Shown piece by piece: positions 1 through 12,570 of a DNA stretch of 64,000 nucleotides (the first letter of the stretch is position 1; every line of letters starts with the position of its first letter). The notes below the pieces were generated by a model. That model was given only the letters and a program-made list of their open reading frames with translations. It did not search any database and was not told where the DNA came from. The stretch spans positions 62,001-126,000 of the forward strand of contig AP039708.1 in NCBI GenBank assembly GCA_051599415.1. Direction: 5' to 3'. This DNA comes from Savitreella phatthalungensis. Lineage: Eukaryota. A program made the position numbers and the translations under genes.

Positions 1-2967
1 TCTTGCCACTCACAGATGAGCCTGCGGACGCGCGTGCCGGCGATGAAACGGACCTGCCAGAGGTCAGACGACGTGTGGCCGCGCCAAAAGCGTCAAGCTT
101 GCTGCTCTGAGATGCTGGAGGTGCAAGACGAGCATTCGGTACAAGCTCTAATTTAGGAGTCTTTGACGAGAGATGCTTGTGTCTCGATGGTGCCGGTGTC
201 CTCGATGGTGGTTCGGGCATCGGCTCCCCTGTGATGAAGGGGTGCTTGAGTGCTTGTTCTGGAGTCATGCGTTTTTGCGGATCCCATTTCAAACATCGTG
301 TGAGGAAGTCGAGCATTTTGTCGTCGTTGCTGCGGATCGCCTGTGCGAGTGAGCGAGTCGATGGCCTCCGTCGAACGCCTTTGCTCGATACGCATGGTTT
401 TGGCCGGCCCTGCGCGTCAAAGAATAGCTTGGCTCTGGAAGAATGTTCGACAAGGCGTCGCTCTGGCGGACCAAAGATCTCCATGATACAGCCGAGCTGT
501 TCTTGCTCGTCTTCTCCCGGAAACAGCGGTACGCCAGTCAACAGTTCCGCGACTATACAGCCCAGACTCCAAATATCGATGCCAAGTCCGTAAGACATCC
601 CCAGAATCACTTCTGGCGACCGGTAGAATCGCGATTGGATGTATGTATACACCCGCTGGTCTTGGAAGCACGACGACCCAAAGTCGATGACGCGCACGTC
701 CGACTGCCACGCGTTCACGAGCAGGATGTTCTCCGGCTTGAGATCGCAGTGAATGACACCGTGGCGTGATAGTAATGAGAGACACTGGAGAATCTGTGAA
801 GCAAAGCTGAGGAGAAATAAGTTAGTGAGCTTGAAGGGGACTATTTGAATAAGAACATACCTTCTGACAAGTTGCATAGAGCAACCCTTAAAATTTCTGA
901 GTTTCGTGAGTTCGTAAAGGTTCATGCTGAGCACATCGGAGACAATGCAGAGATGGTGGCGGAAGTAGAAGTGCTCGCGATAGCGGAGCGTGTTGTGTTG
1001 ACAGTCAGGATCCTGTGGATTGTCAGTCACGAGTTTCGACCTCGAAGGTGGTTAGCAATGCAGCTTACCCATTCGTGAAGCCGCTTGAGGATGTCGACCT
1101 CAATCAAAGCCTGAGCGTGGAACCGACGCTTGTTTCTCACCAGCTTAATAGCGACGACAATGCCAAGCTTGTGATCAAGACAGCAAACAACTTGACCGAA
1201 TGAGCCTTTGCCAAGGACATCGACGATTTCGTATCTGTAAGCGAGGTGGTCACCCGGCACGATCTTGTAGTCGCCTCGATTGTCGTCATAATCGAAATTT
1301 GCATCTGTCGAGGCGTCTAGTCGGCCGCCGGGCTTGACAACATCACGCAAACCGGCAAAGTACACCTTGTCCTTGTAGTCAGCGACTTCTCCACGCTCGT
1401 ACAGGTTCAGAGGCGCATCTTCCGTTTGCCAGATGGTCTCGTCAGTCGTCCGTCTGCGAGATTCTGTGCGCACACGCTGGTGCATCGCATGCTGCCGACT
1501 CATATCTGCGTCGAGAGCCTCCTGTCCGTGTCTTGCGACGTAGGCTGCCGCCACCTCTTCATCTGCTTCAGTCTGCGCAGTTTGAGTCCGCAGCGCTGGT
1601 GATGCAGCGATGACTGAAGACGTTTTCTTGACTCTGGTGACCCGAGGCAGCGAGGCGAAGGAGCCTGTTTGCGGTGTGGCAAGCTCAGAATCACTCCTGC
1701 CGTCGGTTGATCCTGCCAGGTCCGCGAGCGATTCCGAGGTAAACGATTTGGGGATGGCAGGCGGCGTGCTGCTATCAAAATGCATACTGGGCGCGCGCAC
1801 CCCGAACGGCGAAATTTTGCCCTTGAGCCAAGAGATGCTCAACCTGCGCTGTCGACTCGGAGTCGTCCTTGGCGTCGTCTCGTTGTGGTCCGCCACATCT
1901 GCCACAGCTGTCGCAGCAGATTCAGACAGCTTCCTCTGCGGAACACCATTAGCAGTGCTACTGTTCCGCTGTCGGGATGAGCTGCGCGAGAGCGAAAGTC
2001 GCCGTAGTAAACCGAGCGCTTCGCGCGCCTTGCTAGCTGGTCTAGGCGGCGTAGAGGTTGGGGAAGTCGTCGTCGTCTCCCTAGCCTTCGTATGAGGCTT
2101 CGGCTTTTGGATTGCGCTTACAGCCTCTGCTGCTTCAACTTCCGCGGACTCCGTCATATGGTGCTGAGATTCAAGTAGATCGAGCTTCCGCACCAGTGGT
2201 GTACCCATCTGCTTCAGACGTAAAGGCGGCAGATTGAGCTCTCGTGGTGATGATGCTCCCGGCTGGTCATCGGCTGTGAGCTCAGGTAGAGGAACATTCC
2301 GTCCTTTGACTGGCGACTGGAAAGAGCTGTCATTCAACATACCTCGTGTCTCGAATACGTTGTGATGTTTGACAGCAGCGACGGTTGCACTGCGGTGACG
2401 TCGGGACATGTCCAGATTGGGCAGACGAGGCTTCGAAAGCGTCTGCAAGGGAGGCAGAGGTGGTATTGGCGGCGTCACCGATCGCGGACGACCTTCGGTA
2501 TGCGAGCTGAGAGACTTTGGCGTGTGCGGCGGCGTGGAGGTGGATGCCGTTGTGACTGACGATCCCGCGACGAGTTGTGGGATTTGAACATGTTCGTCAA
2601 TCGGAGGTGGGAGCTTCGGGATCTGCTGCTGGCTGAGACGCTTCTGGCGCGCGGCTTCCGTTGGCGACCGCGTCCGGGCACCTAGGCCGTGAACGCTGCC
2701 TTTCCGCGGAGACGAGAGCGAACCGTTGGAAGTCGATTTTGGCAGCTTCCGGCTTGTATTAATGCCCGATTTGCGATGAGACGCTAAACTTTGATTGTTC
2801 GCATCTATTCTCGCGAGGCTGGCGAGATCTCGGACTTGCTTTGAACGCGACATGCTGGCCATCGTTGGCCGTTCATAGCTGGCAGATGGTGTTCTCGGTG
2901 GTAGCTGCGTCGACCCTGCGATGCTACCGTCATATGTGCCCCTTGACGTCGCCCTCGACATGGTCAT
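1..2967 (-). CDS. DYRK-family dual-specificity protein kinase (Pom1/Ppk5-like); 3' end lies outside the window; introns 1013-1068 and 807-860
   Basis: A long Ser/Pro-rich N-terminus is followed by a DH box (DYDDNRGDY) and GKGSFGQVV. Removing GTAAGC..CAG (1068-1013) and GTATGT..CAG (860-807) gives HCDLKPENIL, IDFGSSC and the DYRK activation loop YTYIQSRFYRSPE. The frame stays open to position 1. Confidence 0.92.
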
Positions 2968-3342
2968 CGTCTGTCACGAATGAGGCGCTAGAGCATGCCG
3001 ATAAGCTCGTCTTGACGACACGCTTGGTTGGCTTGCGGTGATGTGATGGCTTGTTTGTGTTGTATTGCAGATCGATAGTCACTAGTTCCAATACGGTGGT
3101 ACTTTAGCTGCCACGAATACGCGATCGATCAATTAAGCCACTGCAGAAATGGTATGCACACTTTGGATGCATATGATCCCACACTTGCGAAGGTACAGGG
3201 AGACCACCTTCAACTCACACGGGCATTATATCACACCTCGAAAGTCAGAAGTCTAACTGATCGATTATAGTCTACATGAGAATGCTGGTCATGCACTGAC
3301 TGAGGTAGAGACAGGGACTGCATGAGCCGGAAGATTGGAAAG

Positions 3343-5679
3343 TTATGCCTTTGTGGCAACGACGATACTCGTGCCGGAGGTCGAGTCTCCATCGATGCTG
3401 TCCGAGCCTGATGAGGTGAGCTCGACAGCACGCACGGCCTCGTCTACATCGGCATGGAAGAATGGACGATCGATGGACAAGAGTGGCACGAAGCCAGTAG
3501 TTGTCTGGGGCCACTTCGTTTCGACGCGCTGGATCTCGCCGCTAGACTCGATGTCATTGACAGGCTGACGAATCCCGTGGGCAGATGCATCACCGATGCG
3601 AGCGACCGAGAATAATGAAAGGCCACGGTTGTCTGCGACACCAAAATTACCGCGCACGAGAGCACGCTTGACCCACGGGTTGCTGATACCGGCGAAGCGC
3701 CACTGGACAGCCTGACCGGCGTGGCGGTCGAGCTGGTTCCGTGTATCGATCAGATTCTGGAGACCAGTCAGATCGAGATGGGGCACACCGGTGAAGTCGA
3801 GAATGACGGCGCGCAGAAGAGGACGCTCGTCACGAGCGAGCGCTTCCTTGTCAAAGTGACGCGGCCCTGGGTCGTTCCAAGGACGGTCACCGAGGCTCTG
3901 ATTGGCGAGCTCGATTGTCGGCCGGGTCTGAGCCTTGATCTGTGCAACCATGTGATCGGTGAAGTGATTGGCGTTCGGGTATAGGAAGCCCTCATTGAGT
4001 GAATAGATGAAAATTCCCGGAGGCGGCGAAATGGGCTTGATCAAAGGGTTGTGGCCACCTGAGTGGTCGAGGGGCACGTACAGGTTGCGAGAATTGTCGA
4101 CGCGGGCATCGTGCACGCCCACGCTACCAATCTTGACGGCACCGAGGAAAGCACCGCGTGATTTGGCAATTCGGAACAGCAGTACTGCGGCAGAGACAGC
4201 GACGGTGGTGTAGATACCATTCTCGATCGACGAGAAGACTGTAACGAGCACACCCGCCCAATAGATGCAGAATTCGATTGGCGACACCTGCCAGAAGTGT
4301 AGAATCTGCTGAGGAGTAGAGCACAGATCTGCGACAGCGTGAATAATCACAGCAGCGAGAGACGAATTAGGGATCCAGTAGAAGACTGGCGGCAATGCGT
4401 AAATGGCAATGACAACGACGATAGCTGTGATGACACCAGCGAGCGGGGTGCGCACGCCAGCCTTGGACTTGATTGCAGTGCGGGAGAAGGAGCCTGTTGC
4501 GGGGTATGCGCCGAAGAAAGGTCCAAAGAGGTTGGTAATGCCAATAGCGATGAGCTCCTGGTTCGGGTTGATGACATAGTTGTTGACGCGACCGAACGAC
4601 TTGGAAATGGCAATGTGCTCGATAAGTAGGACGATGCAAGCGGATGGCAGTTTCTTCACGAAAGTGTCGATGATGGTCGAGTTGAGCTCTGGGACGCCGA
4701 TGTGCTGGAATCCACGGGGAACTGTTTTCAGGATGGAGATCTTCGGGTTCTTCTTGTGATTACGGTTATAAAGCCATGAGATCAGGGTGTAAAGCAAAAT
4801 GACAAAGGCTGTGCGCATGGTTGAAATGAAGAAGAAGGTCTTCGCACGGTGCGGCAGGCGCTTAGCTGCACCTTCGAGACCCCATTTGATGGCATAGAGC
4901 ATGACAAGGGCAGTGATACCAAATGCCGCATCGATCTTCGTGTCGCCCAGATGCTTCAGGGTGTCGATGATGACCTGATACGTGTGGCCGCGTGTATTGA
5001 ACGTGTTGTTCTTGTTGTTACCGAGTAGAGCTGGGACCTGACCAGCGATGATGCTAATTGCTGAGCCGGTCATGAATGCTGCGATCGACGGGACTGGGAT
5101 GAAGTCCACGATGAAACCCAATCGGAGCATACCGAGGCCAAAGACAATCGCTCCGGTGATGATGGCAACAGCAGATGCAACCACGTAGCCGGGGATGGTC
5201 GGGTTAGACTTCTTGGCGGCAAGGACGATGTCACCGACAAGGGTTGACATGACGGCAACGGGGCCAATTGTAATGTCCTTCGAGGTGGCGAACATGAAGT
5301 AAAGTGCGACGCCGACGAAGGAGGAGTACAATCCGAATTCAGGAGCGAGCTGGGCAAGCTTTGCGTAGGCCATCGACTGTGGTACCACAACAGCACCGAC
5401 AGTGAGACCAGCGACCATGTCACCAGAAAACCACTTGAGGTTGTAGCGATGAATCCATGTAGCGATCGGGAAGAGGGACAGCAGATATCCCTTGACCTGG
5501 CGCTTTGGGTCGGGGAACTGCGCCTGAAAGAAGCCCTTTACAGTAGCCTCTTCCTCAATGTAGTGAGGTGGCAGACTTGCAGGGTAATTGTTGATGGACT
5601 CGGCGCGGCGAGTCTGCTCCTGTGCATTGTCGCCTAGCAAGTCGCGACGGACCTGACCGGCCTGCTCACGAAGACCCAT
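3343..5679 (-). CDS. SUL1: SLC26/SulP sulfate permease with C-terminal STAS domain
   Basis: 778 aa ORF with GDMVAGLTVGAVVVPQSMAYA, EHIAISKSFGRVN, PATGSFSRTAIKSKAGVRTPLAG and the STAS motif VILDFTGVPHLDLTGLQNL. Confidence 0.95.
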   Translation of the reverse strand: MGLREQAGQVRRDLLGDNAQEQTRRAESINNYPASLPPHYIEEEATVKGFFQAQFPDPKRQVKGYLLSLFPIATWIHRYNLKWFSGDMVAGLTVGAVVVPQSMAYAKLAQLAPEFGLYSSFVGVALYFMFATSKDITIGPVAVMSTLVGDIVLAAKKSNPTIPGYVVASAVAIITGAIVFGLGMLRLGFIVDFIPVPSIAAFMTGSAISIIAGQVPALLGNNKNNTFNTRGHTYQVIIDTLKHLGDTKIDAAFGITALVMLYAIKWGLEGAAKRLPHRAKTFFFISTMRTAFVILLYTLISWLYNRNHKKNPKISILKTVPRGFQHIGVPELNSTIIDTFVKKLPSACIVLLIEHIAISKSFGRVNNYVINPNQELIAIGITNLFGPFFGAYPATGSFSRTAIKSKAGVRTPLAGVITAIVVVIAIYALPPVFYWIPNSSLAAVIIHAVADLCSTPQQILHFWQVSPIEFCIYWAGVLVTVFSSIENGIYTTVAVSAAVLLFRIAKSRGAFLGAVKIGSVGVHDARVDNSRNLYVPLDHSGGHNPLIKPISPPPGIFIYSLNEGFLYPNANHFTDHMVAQIKAQTRPTIELANQSLGDRPWNDPGPRHFDKEALARDERPLLRAVILDFTGVPHLDLTGLQNLIDTRNQLDRHAGQAVQWRFAGISNPWVKRALVRGNFGVADNRGLSLFSVARIGDASAHGIRQPVNDIESSGEIQRVETKWPQTTTGFVPLLSIDRPFFHADVDEAVRAVELTSSGSDSIDGDSTSGTSIVVATKA

Positions 5680-7841
5680 CGCGTTGATGGGATTTGCGAG
5701 ATAGGGGTGGGACGAGAGTGTTCAGATCAGGTGTCGAATAGCCTGATTGACGTGCAGGGATGCGATACTTTAAGTAGGTTGTGCGTACCGGTCGATCAGT
5801 AGGTTAGGTGGTCGCGTGCTGCGATTCTGTAGAGCACAAGCGTGGACAAATTACCGCTCGGCAAAACTTGGTTCTGTTGTCTGTCTCAGGTAGATGTGGG
5901 CCCAAGGATACGCCTGGATGTAGCGACGTCGGGTTGCTACTTCTTCTGACGGGAAGAGTCTTTCGTCGGCCGCCTCTTATTGCGCGATTCTTCGCTTCAG
6001 CGAGCAAGAGGTCGAGCGAGGAGGTATCAGCACGAAGGCTCGTTTTGTATAGGCACCCGAGTAGGTGACGAGAGACTCATTGAGACCGATGAGAAATACA
6101 GAATCGCTCGTCTAGCGGGTAAGCTGGAAGAATACAAAGCCATACTGACTTGCACGATACCGAGTGTCCAGAGTTACGATGGTAACTGACTTCGGAATGA
6201 GGCTTGATGATGTGCTCGATGTGAAGCAATTGACCTGGAGCTGCTATGAAGTGGATCCTGGTGGAGAATCGAAAAAGTGGAATCGCAGCCGTGAATCAGG
6301 CGACTGACTGCCTACCCGCTTGCGTCTGCGTCACTTTCGAGGTTTGAGTAGCTGGCTACCATGAAAAACATCCGAAGACAGAGTCCTGGCTAACGGGTAG
6401 GGGTTCCAGTGTGAGTTGTTACATGAGCTTGACCACTTTGATGAGGAGTGTTGTTCTGGCCTGAATTTTATCAATCACGCAATAACGCCTCAAAGTGCGA
6501 CATGCCCAATCACGATGCTTAAATCCTCGGGCGAGGCTTTTAAAATTTTATTGAATTTATAATTGACCGAAGCTCTTGCTTTGTTCCTCTTCGAATATAT
6601 TCATTTTTGGCTGGAGTCGACTTTGATCTGATTTGATCTGATTTGAGCATGTGAATTTGACCATTCCTCGTAGTCGCCCGATGCACATACGAAACGTACA
6701 GACAGCGAGAGATGTGGTGCTGAGAGCCAAGCGGAGTACGAGCGTTCATCACGATCGTCGCCTCAATCATCATTAATGTGTTTAGACAGACAACTTTTGA
6801 TGGCTTGCGTTGTCTATTCGATGTCTTGAGAATGGTGCAGGAGAGCATGCTTTGTGACATCAACTTCTCCGGTGAATTGAGCCTGTCCATTGAGTAGTGT
6901 CACTGGCGATCTTCTATTCTGTATGCGCTGTCGGTTTGCGTTATTTTACCATCACGCGAGAAGTTGACTCGACCTATAGCGTTGGATTTACTCGAATCAG
7001 GTCAGCTGGGTGGAGGAGTTACACTCTGAGTGACACCCCTCACCTGCACCGAACTCTTGGCTCTTGCTTCTCGTAGGCTTACTGGATCACGTTCGTCGAG
7101 AATTCTCCGGGCGATAAGCGATGATCTTCCTTTCTCCTCTGACTCTACACTCATCACATGCCAAGATGTCGGGCTATACCACTGTGCATATTCGCATGCA
7201 TGTGCTGCTCTCTCGCAATTGAGTGCAGTTTGCTGGCGCACAGCATGCAATTTATACACTGACACTCAGAAAGAGCCGGTGCTGAGATTGACATGATGTC
7301 GTGCGAGCCAGCTAAGGACCTTCATTGCGATTGAAGCGCCGTACAGCGTGAAGTCTTGCTGTAATCAGCTTCTTCAGCGAGAAGTGGGTCTAGAGCGAGT
7401 TGTTCACAGCCACTCTCCTATGCGCCGGAGAAATAATACTGCCGATCATTCTGCCTGACCTGACTTCATTGCGAACCTACTGCTGCACTGTGGTCCGAGA
7501 AAATTGACTGAAACTCAAATGCATGTTTATAAAGAACCGGTATCGATCCAAGGTGCTAGAACACGTGACGAGGAAGTCTGAAATCGCATTATATTGGCCA
7601 CCCGTGCACACTGAAGAACGTACATCCCTATTTCAGTCTCGTCAGACACTTCAAGCCCATGCTGACCAGGGCGATACGGCTGCACTCATTTGTAGTGCTC
7701 GGGCTTTGCAAACTACCGCAGCTGGCGCAATTCGCACTGCTTGTCTTGCAGCAATGACAGCAATGGTCCCTTTTCACATCAGATGACGACGCCATCCTAC
7801 TGTCCTGGTAATTGATGCAATATGCAATTATATACAGGTAG

Positions 7842-9320
7842 CTATGTCTTTTGCCAGACTTTCCACGGTTTTTTCAGGCCGTCACGTTGCTGTTTTCTCC
7901 ACTTTGCCGGATAGAGCGCGGCCGCCGCGGCTATGTACATGGCACCTGCGAATCCAATCAGCCTCAGATAGTTGTTTGAGTCTGCGACGATGCGAAGTGC
8001 GATTGTGGTGGCAAAGCAACACGGGATGCTCATCACCAACCACACGATGGTCGCCGCTGGTCTAAGATCCTGGAGCCCGACGATTTCAGCAGTCACCGGA
8101 ATAATGCTTGACCAAAATGTCCCGACGACGGTGCCGTCCAACAGCGCAAAGACTACCATTGCAGGGTACGATCTTGCAAACATCCATAATAGCAGACATA
8201 GCAAGCTCGTTGCCAGCGTCGCCCCAATGGCCGTGTTGATCCTTCCCACACGATCACCCACGTAGCCGACTGCAGGTCGCCCAACGGCCATGCCTGCCGA
8301 GAGTAAAGCCGCAAGATCGGATCCTTGCTTCTGGGAAAAGTCGAGATAGTTCACAGCTTCTTTTGTGATACTGAATTGTACTGTGACATACCCAAGAAGC
8401 GACAAAAAGCCCCAAAGGATAATCCACGTGAAGCCATCGTGTCTTTGCCACACCCCAGGATCGACCATTGAGCTAACGACCTTGTCGAGCGAGCGCGCCC
8501 CCTTCGCATGCCGCTTCGTACGTTCGAGCTTTTCAATCTCTGGCGGGGACTTCATTAGGCAGGTCGCCACGAAGTTTGTGACGAAGACGACGATGCCGAT
8601 GATGCGGAAACTCCACTCGAGCGAGATGTTCTGAATCATCGCATTCGTCCCTAGATTGAAGATCACGCCGCCGAGTCCCGAGCCACCGGATGTGATACCC
8701 TGTGCGAGCGCACGCCGACGTCCAAACCACTGTGCCGGGATATGGACAGCAGGCGCATACAGCAGCCCCAAACCCACCCCGAACAGGACTCCCTGTGACA
8801 AGAACAATTGCCAGAACTTCTTCGCATACGATGCAGAAATAAACGCCGCAGCCTCCAAGAAGCACCCGAGAAACATCGGCATCCTGTGTCCAAACAAGTG
8901 CGAGAGCAACCCGGACACGGGCGACACCAGCAGTGCCGTGCACACGGAGATACCGCCGACGAAGGTGAATTGCGTGGTGGTGGTGCCTGGGAAGTACTGC
9001 GTCGCGTTGGCGGTGTAGTGTGAGAGGTAGATTGCGAACGATGCGTTGACTCCCCATGTCATGCCGTTGATCAAGGTCTGTGATGCGACGACGACCCATC
9101 CGTATCCGCCGTCTGGCGGGACAAAGTTCCTGAGCAAATCCTCATCGTCTTCCTTCACTCCCTCCTTCTCCCGCACACCGTGGTGCACGGAATCAGGGCT
9201 GTGAGCTGTCGACGTCGTGCTTCTGCTCACACTCGCGCCGTCAACCGCCACCGCACCCGCCATAGACTTCTCGTAGACCGATGTCGCGCTGCCGCCGACC
9301 GCGTCTGGCATCTTCGACAT
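7842..9320 (-). CDS. MFS transporter, monocarboxylate porter (Mch-like) family
   Basis: 492 aa with PPDGGYGWVVV, QWFGRRRALAQGITSGGSGLGG and GYVGDRVGRIN; about 12 hydrophobic segments. Confidence 0.92.
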   Translation of the reverse strand: MSKMPDAVGGSATSVYEKSMAGAVAVDGASVSRSTTSTAHSPDSVHHGVREKEGVKEDDEDLLRNFVPPDGGYGWVVVASQTLINGMTWGVNASFAIYLSHYTANATQYFPGTTTTQFTFVGGISVCTALLVSPVSGLLSHLFGHRMPMFLGCFLEAAAFISASYAKKFWQLFLSQGVLFGVGLGLLYAPAVHIPAQWFGRRRALAQGITSGGSGLGGVIFNLGTNAMIQNISLEWSFRIIGIVVFVTNFVATCLMKSPPEIEKLERTKRHAKGARSLDKVVSSMVDPGVWQRHDGFTWIILWGFLSLLGYVTVQFSITKEAVNYLDFSQKQGSDLAALLSAGMAVGRPAVGYVGDRVGRINTAIGATLATSLLCLLLWMFARSYPAMVVFALLDGTVVGTFWSSIIPVTAEIVGLQDLRPAATIVWLVMSIPCCFATTIALRIVADSNNYLRLIGFAGAMYIAAAAALYPAKWRKQQRDGLKKPWKVWQKT

Positions 9321-9696
9321 CCGAAGAAACGAGCGACTTTACTCAGCGAGGATCAAGAATGACAGTGCTCATGCGATAGTGAAAAGATGCTTGTCCCTGG
9401 AAGAGCAGGTGGGCTAATGAGCCGGATTTTAAACGATGAGCAATATGTTATTTCATGACTCTGATCCCGCAGTTTTCAAGGATTGCAGATTTGCCCTGAC
9501 GTCGGTTAATTTTACCTACGCCAATCGGATTCTGCCGAGATGCATAGCCCGAGTGAGTGGGAGAGAGTATGACTGTAACAGCGTCGTACATGGGGGCCAA
9601 TACTAATCTGGATTCCCACATCTCACAATCGTCAAGTTCATCATTTGCGTGCTATATACACGTACATTGATAATAAATAGCCCAAGAGCCGGGCGC

Positions 9697-11013
9697 TTAG
9701 CGTCCTCCTAGCAATGGGTCGCGCTCACTCATGGTCGTCTGTGAGCGTCGGTTGGCCTTGTCGACATAGGCAGCTCGCGCTCGTCGGAAGCCTGCTCGCA
9801 AGGCGACGAAGAGCAGAACGAAGATAAGTGAGACGATTGCGAGCACTATACCGATGAATCCGAGAATGAAGTAGACAAAGGCGATAATGCTCAATAGCCC
9901 TGGCTTGTGGGCGTTCGGGTCTTGAGGGACTGATCGTTCAGGGGCGGGAAAGACGTCGAATGTTGCAAAAGTGTAGTGCATGAGTGGTCCACGTGGCGAT
10001 GGTTTTGCATCAACGACAAACTTGGTCAACCTGCCCGCGAGGTACAGCATCTGCAAGAAATCGAAGAAGAAGATCCTCCAGGGTACATCCTCTGGTGGTA
10101 CAGCCACTCTGCTCTGGTCAAAGGCAGGTCCCCAGTGACCCTTCCACAAGCTCCACTCGGGTCCCACGCCCTCAGGTGCCTCGGTGATATCGTAAATCTC
10201 ATAGTCGCTCCAACGGATCCAGGAGCTCTCCGGCAGATGTGCAAATCCAATATCGCCTACTTCGACATGTGTGATGGCGCCGAGAGTGATCACCTTGACA
10301 GCAGTGTTGATAAATCCGTCGAAAGCAGGGTCGGTGTTCTGCATGTCTGCCGGAGAGGGGTAGCCTGCATGACTATTGTTGTGACTGTAGACGAGGGGAT
10401 GCGTGACATTTTCGACCTGGTAGTCGAGCGTAGGTTCGTTGATGTCGCCGTGTACCGTGTAGTAAACGGAGTCTATCTGCAAGTCGTGTTCGCCCTTGAG
10501 CACGACCGTCGTGTGCTCCCAGTCGGCGAAGTGGACGGCGAGCGGATACCAGGGGAAGCGTGTCACTTTCCCTCGGCTGTCGACCGTCTTGAAGCCCTGG
10601 GGGCCGTTGTAATAGTGATAGTACCAGTATTGGAGGACGATCCGGCCGTCCTCGAGAACACGCGCCTGAGAACTGACTGGAGCGTCTACGAATTTGCCGT
10701 CGCGCAAGGGCATACCGCCGAGAGCGCTGTCGGGAACACTGAGGGTATCTGCTGTCGCGTTGTAGTATCGCTCGTAGGACCGTGCTGGATCTGCAGGCAG
10801 GTATTTCTCGTCTGGATGAAGATACACCACCGGCGCAAACTGCTTGAGGACGTCCATCCTGATAGAGATGTTGAGCGGATGTGATGGCGGCTTCTCCCAA
10901 TCGTCCGGCGGCATTTCTGTCTCATCCTGTGGCCACAGCGGAGGCAGCGAGGGCGTCCACAGTGCCGCAGTGCTCTTGAGCAGAAGGCATAGAGCCGATG
11001 CGGTCAAGAGCAT
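9697..11013 (-). CDS. Vps62/DUF946-like membrane-anchored protein
   Basis: 438 aa; N-terminal signal peptide, motifs FAPVVYLHPDEKYLP, YWYYHYYNG, HFADWEH and W.GHWG, and a C-terminal transmembrane helix. Confidence 0.75.
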   Translation of the reverse strand: MLLTASALCLLLKSTAALWTPSLPPLWPQDETEMPPDDWEKPPSHPLNISIRMDVLKQFAPVVYLHPDEKYLPADPARSYERYYNATADTLSVPDSALGGMPLRDGKFVDAPVSSQARVLEDGRIVLQYWYYHYYNGPQGFKTVDSRGKVTRFPWYPLAVHFADWEHTTVVLKGEHDLQIDSVYYTVHGDINEPTLDYQVENVTHPLVYSHNNSHAGYPSPADMQNTDPAFDGFINTAVKVITLGAITHVEVGDIGFAHLPESSWIRWSDYEIYDITEAPEGVGPEWSLWKGHWGPAFDQSRVAVPPEDVPWRIFFFDFLQMLYLAGRLTKFVVDAKPSPRGPLMHYTFATFDVFPAPERSVPQDPNAHKPGLLSIIAFVYFILGFIGIVLAIVSLIFVLLFVALRAGFRRARAAYVDKANRRSQTTMSERDPLLGGR

Positions 11014-11673
11014 GGCGACAGAGAAGTCAGCTGGAAGAGCAATGAATTAGTTGATGGTAGCAAATAGGAAAGAGCGTTGTCGACCAGGGATTGCTGACGA
11101 CCAGCGCGTCCCAAAAGAACGTGTCCGAGTGTTGTTCTGTAGTTGAAGGTCTCAGAGATTCGTGGTGGTTGATGACAGGTTTCCTGACTTGACGTCTCCA
11201 AGATTTTGCTTGCGTTACCTCATCTGCTCACCTGCTGTCAGAAGTGAAAGATCGAGTGTATGTACGCATGGTTAGAAAACGGGAGCCGGTTAGCAGCTGA
11301 CGTAGAAATCTGGTTAAGGTTGTAATCGATCTAGCTCACAATAGTTTGATCTAGCTTACACTGGCTGTAAGTTCAGGCAGGTCAAAAGAGGTTCAGATGA
11401 AATCAGATTGCTGTGTGTAGACGATCAAGCTAGAGATGCAATGTAAATCCACCCAGGGTTGCTGACTCAAGGTCAAGAATCTCCCCGCGGCCGGGAATCA
11501 TTTTCTGTGCACATGTGTTTTATGCATCGATTAGTGGATGGTATATCATCAGTCTGTGTGGACGGACACTTTCACCATCATCCTGCTGCTCATCTGAATA
11601 TTGTGTTTGTGTATCTTTCCGGGATCAGAAAATCCATTATAATCAAAGAGTAAAAATTTGAATAGAAAAGTTC

Positions 11674-11679
11674 AAAAAA
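11674..11679 (-). terminator. RNA polymerase III T-run terminator of the 5S gene
   Basis: TTTTTT on the minus strand 7 nt after the 5S 3' end. Confidence 0.8.
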
Positions 11680-11686
11680 GAAGAAG

Positions 11687-11804
11687 AACTGCAGTACCAG
11701 GACTTCCCACCTGGTCTCCCACGGCAGTACTATTCCGGCGCTGCGCTGGTTATCTTTGGTGATCGGACGGGAACCAGATCTTTCAGCGCGCTATGACCGC
11801 AGAT
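11687..11804 (-). rRNA. 5S rRNA gene (dispersed copy)
   Basis: The reverse complement is 118 nt, ATCTGCGGTCATAGC...GTTCCCGTCCGATCACC...TAGTACTGCCGTGGGAGACCAGGTGGGAAGTCCTGGTACTGCAGTT. It has the CCGATC loop, a box C region and complementary termini (CTGCGG/CTGCAG). Confidence 0.95.
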
Positions 11805-11827
11805 GAAATTTCCGTTGTCGAGTCACG

Positions 11828-11834
11828 ATATATA
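11828..11834 (-). promoter_or_regulatory. TATA-like element at -24 to -30 of the 5S gene
   Basis: TATATAT on the minus strand at the spacing known for fission-yeast and Neurospora Pol III genes. Confidence 0.55.
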
Positions 11835-12570
11835 CAAATTTTGAATCAGGGCGAATGCATGTGTGACCTTCTTCACACCATGGATACAGCGAAATAGTCA
11901 TCTTCCATCATGTTTCCAGATAAACGGACCTGATCATTTGGGCCAGAGGTTGAGATGCCGTAATGCTCATCGCGTGTATGTGGACCTCGCGAAGCACATG
12001 TCATGCACACACGACTGAGTCGAGCAACACGAATACATGTACATCATAGAAATCCTCAGAAATGTTGCAGTGACTCCGCTAGTCAAACAATGTTTCCATG
12101 TCACACGCAACGCCCAGGATCTCCCGTTATCTTACATCCGGCCACGTGAGTGCGATTCTGTCGTTATTTTGTTTCATCTAGCTGTCATGTGCCATCGAAC
12201 AGAGCCACGCACTGTCATGCTTAGACTCGCACAACGTCTGACCCATACTGGTAGGACGATTCAACTGCGATTCCTCTTGTATACGCGCCGTTCGCCTGCC
12301 GCATTGGAGCAGGATGCGGCAACGCTCAGAATTTGTCTGGCACTGTACCGAGAATCCTGACGCGATGCGACGAGTGTGCATCCCGCTCAAATTCCGGTAC
12401 TCTCGCAAATTTGTGGAGTCAGATTTCTTCTTGCCTCCGCAATAGCCGGTCCTCGAGTCATCTATCTCTCCTAGTCAAAATAGCGCATACAGGATCAAGT
12501 CATCAGAGCGGTCAGGACATTTCTGAACCCTACGAACGTACCTGTCATCCTGCTTCATGTTCATAAAGAG

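Noticed and set aside
9976..10884. 302-aa plus-strand ORF antisense to the Vps62-like gene
   Set aside because: Antisense shadow of a GC-rich CDS; no independent motifs
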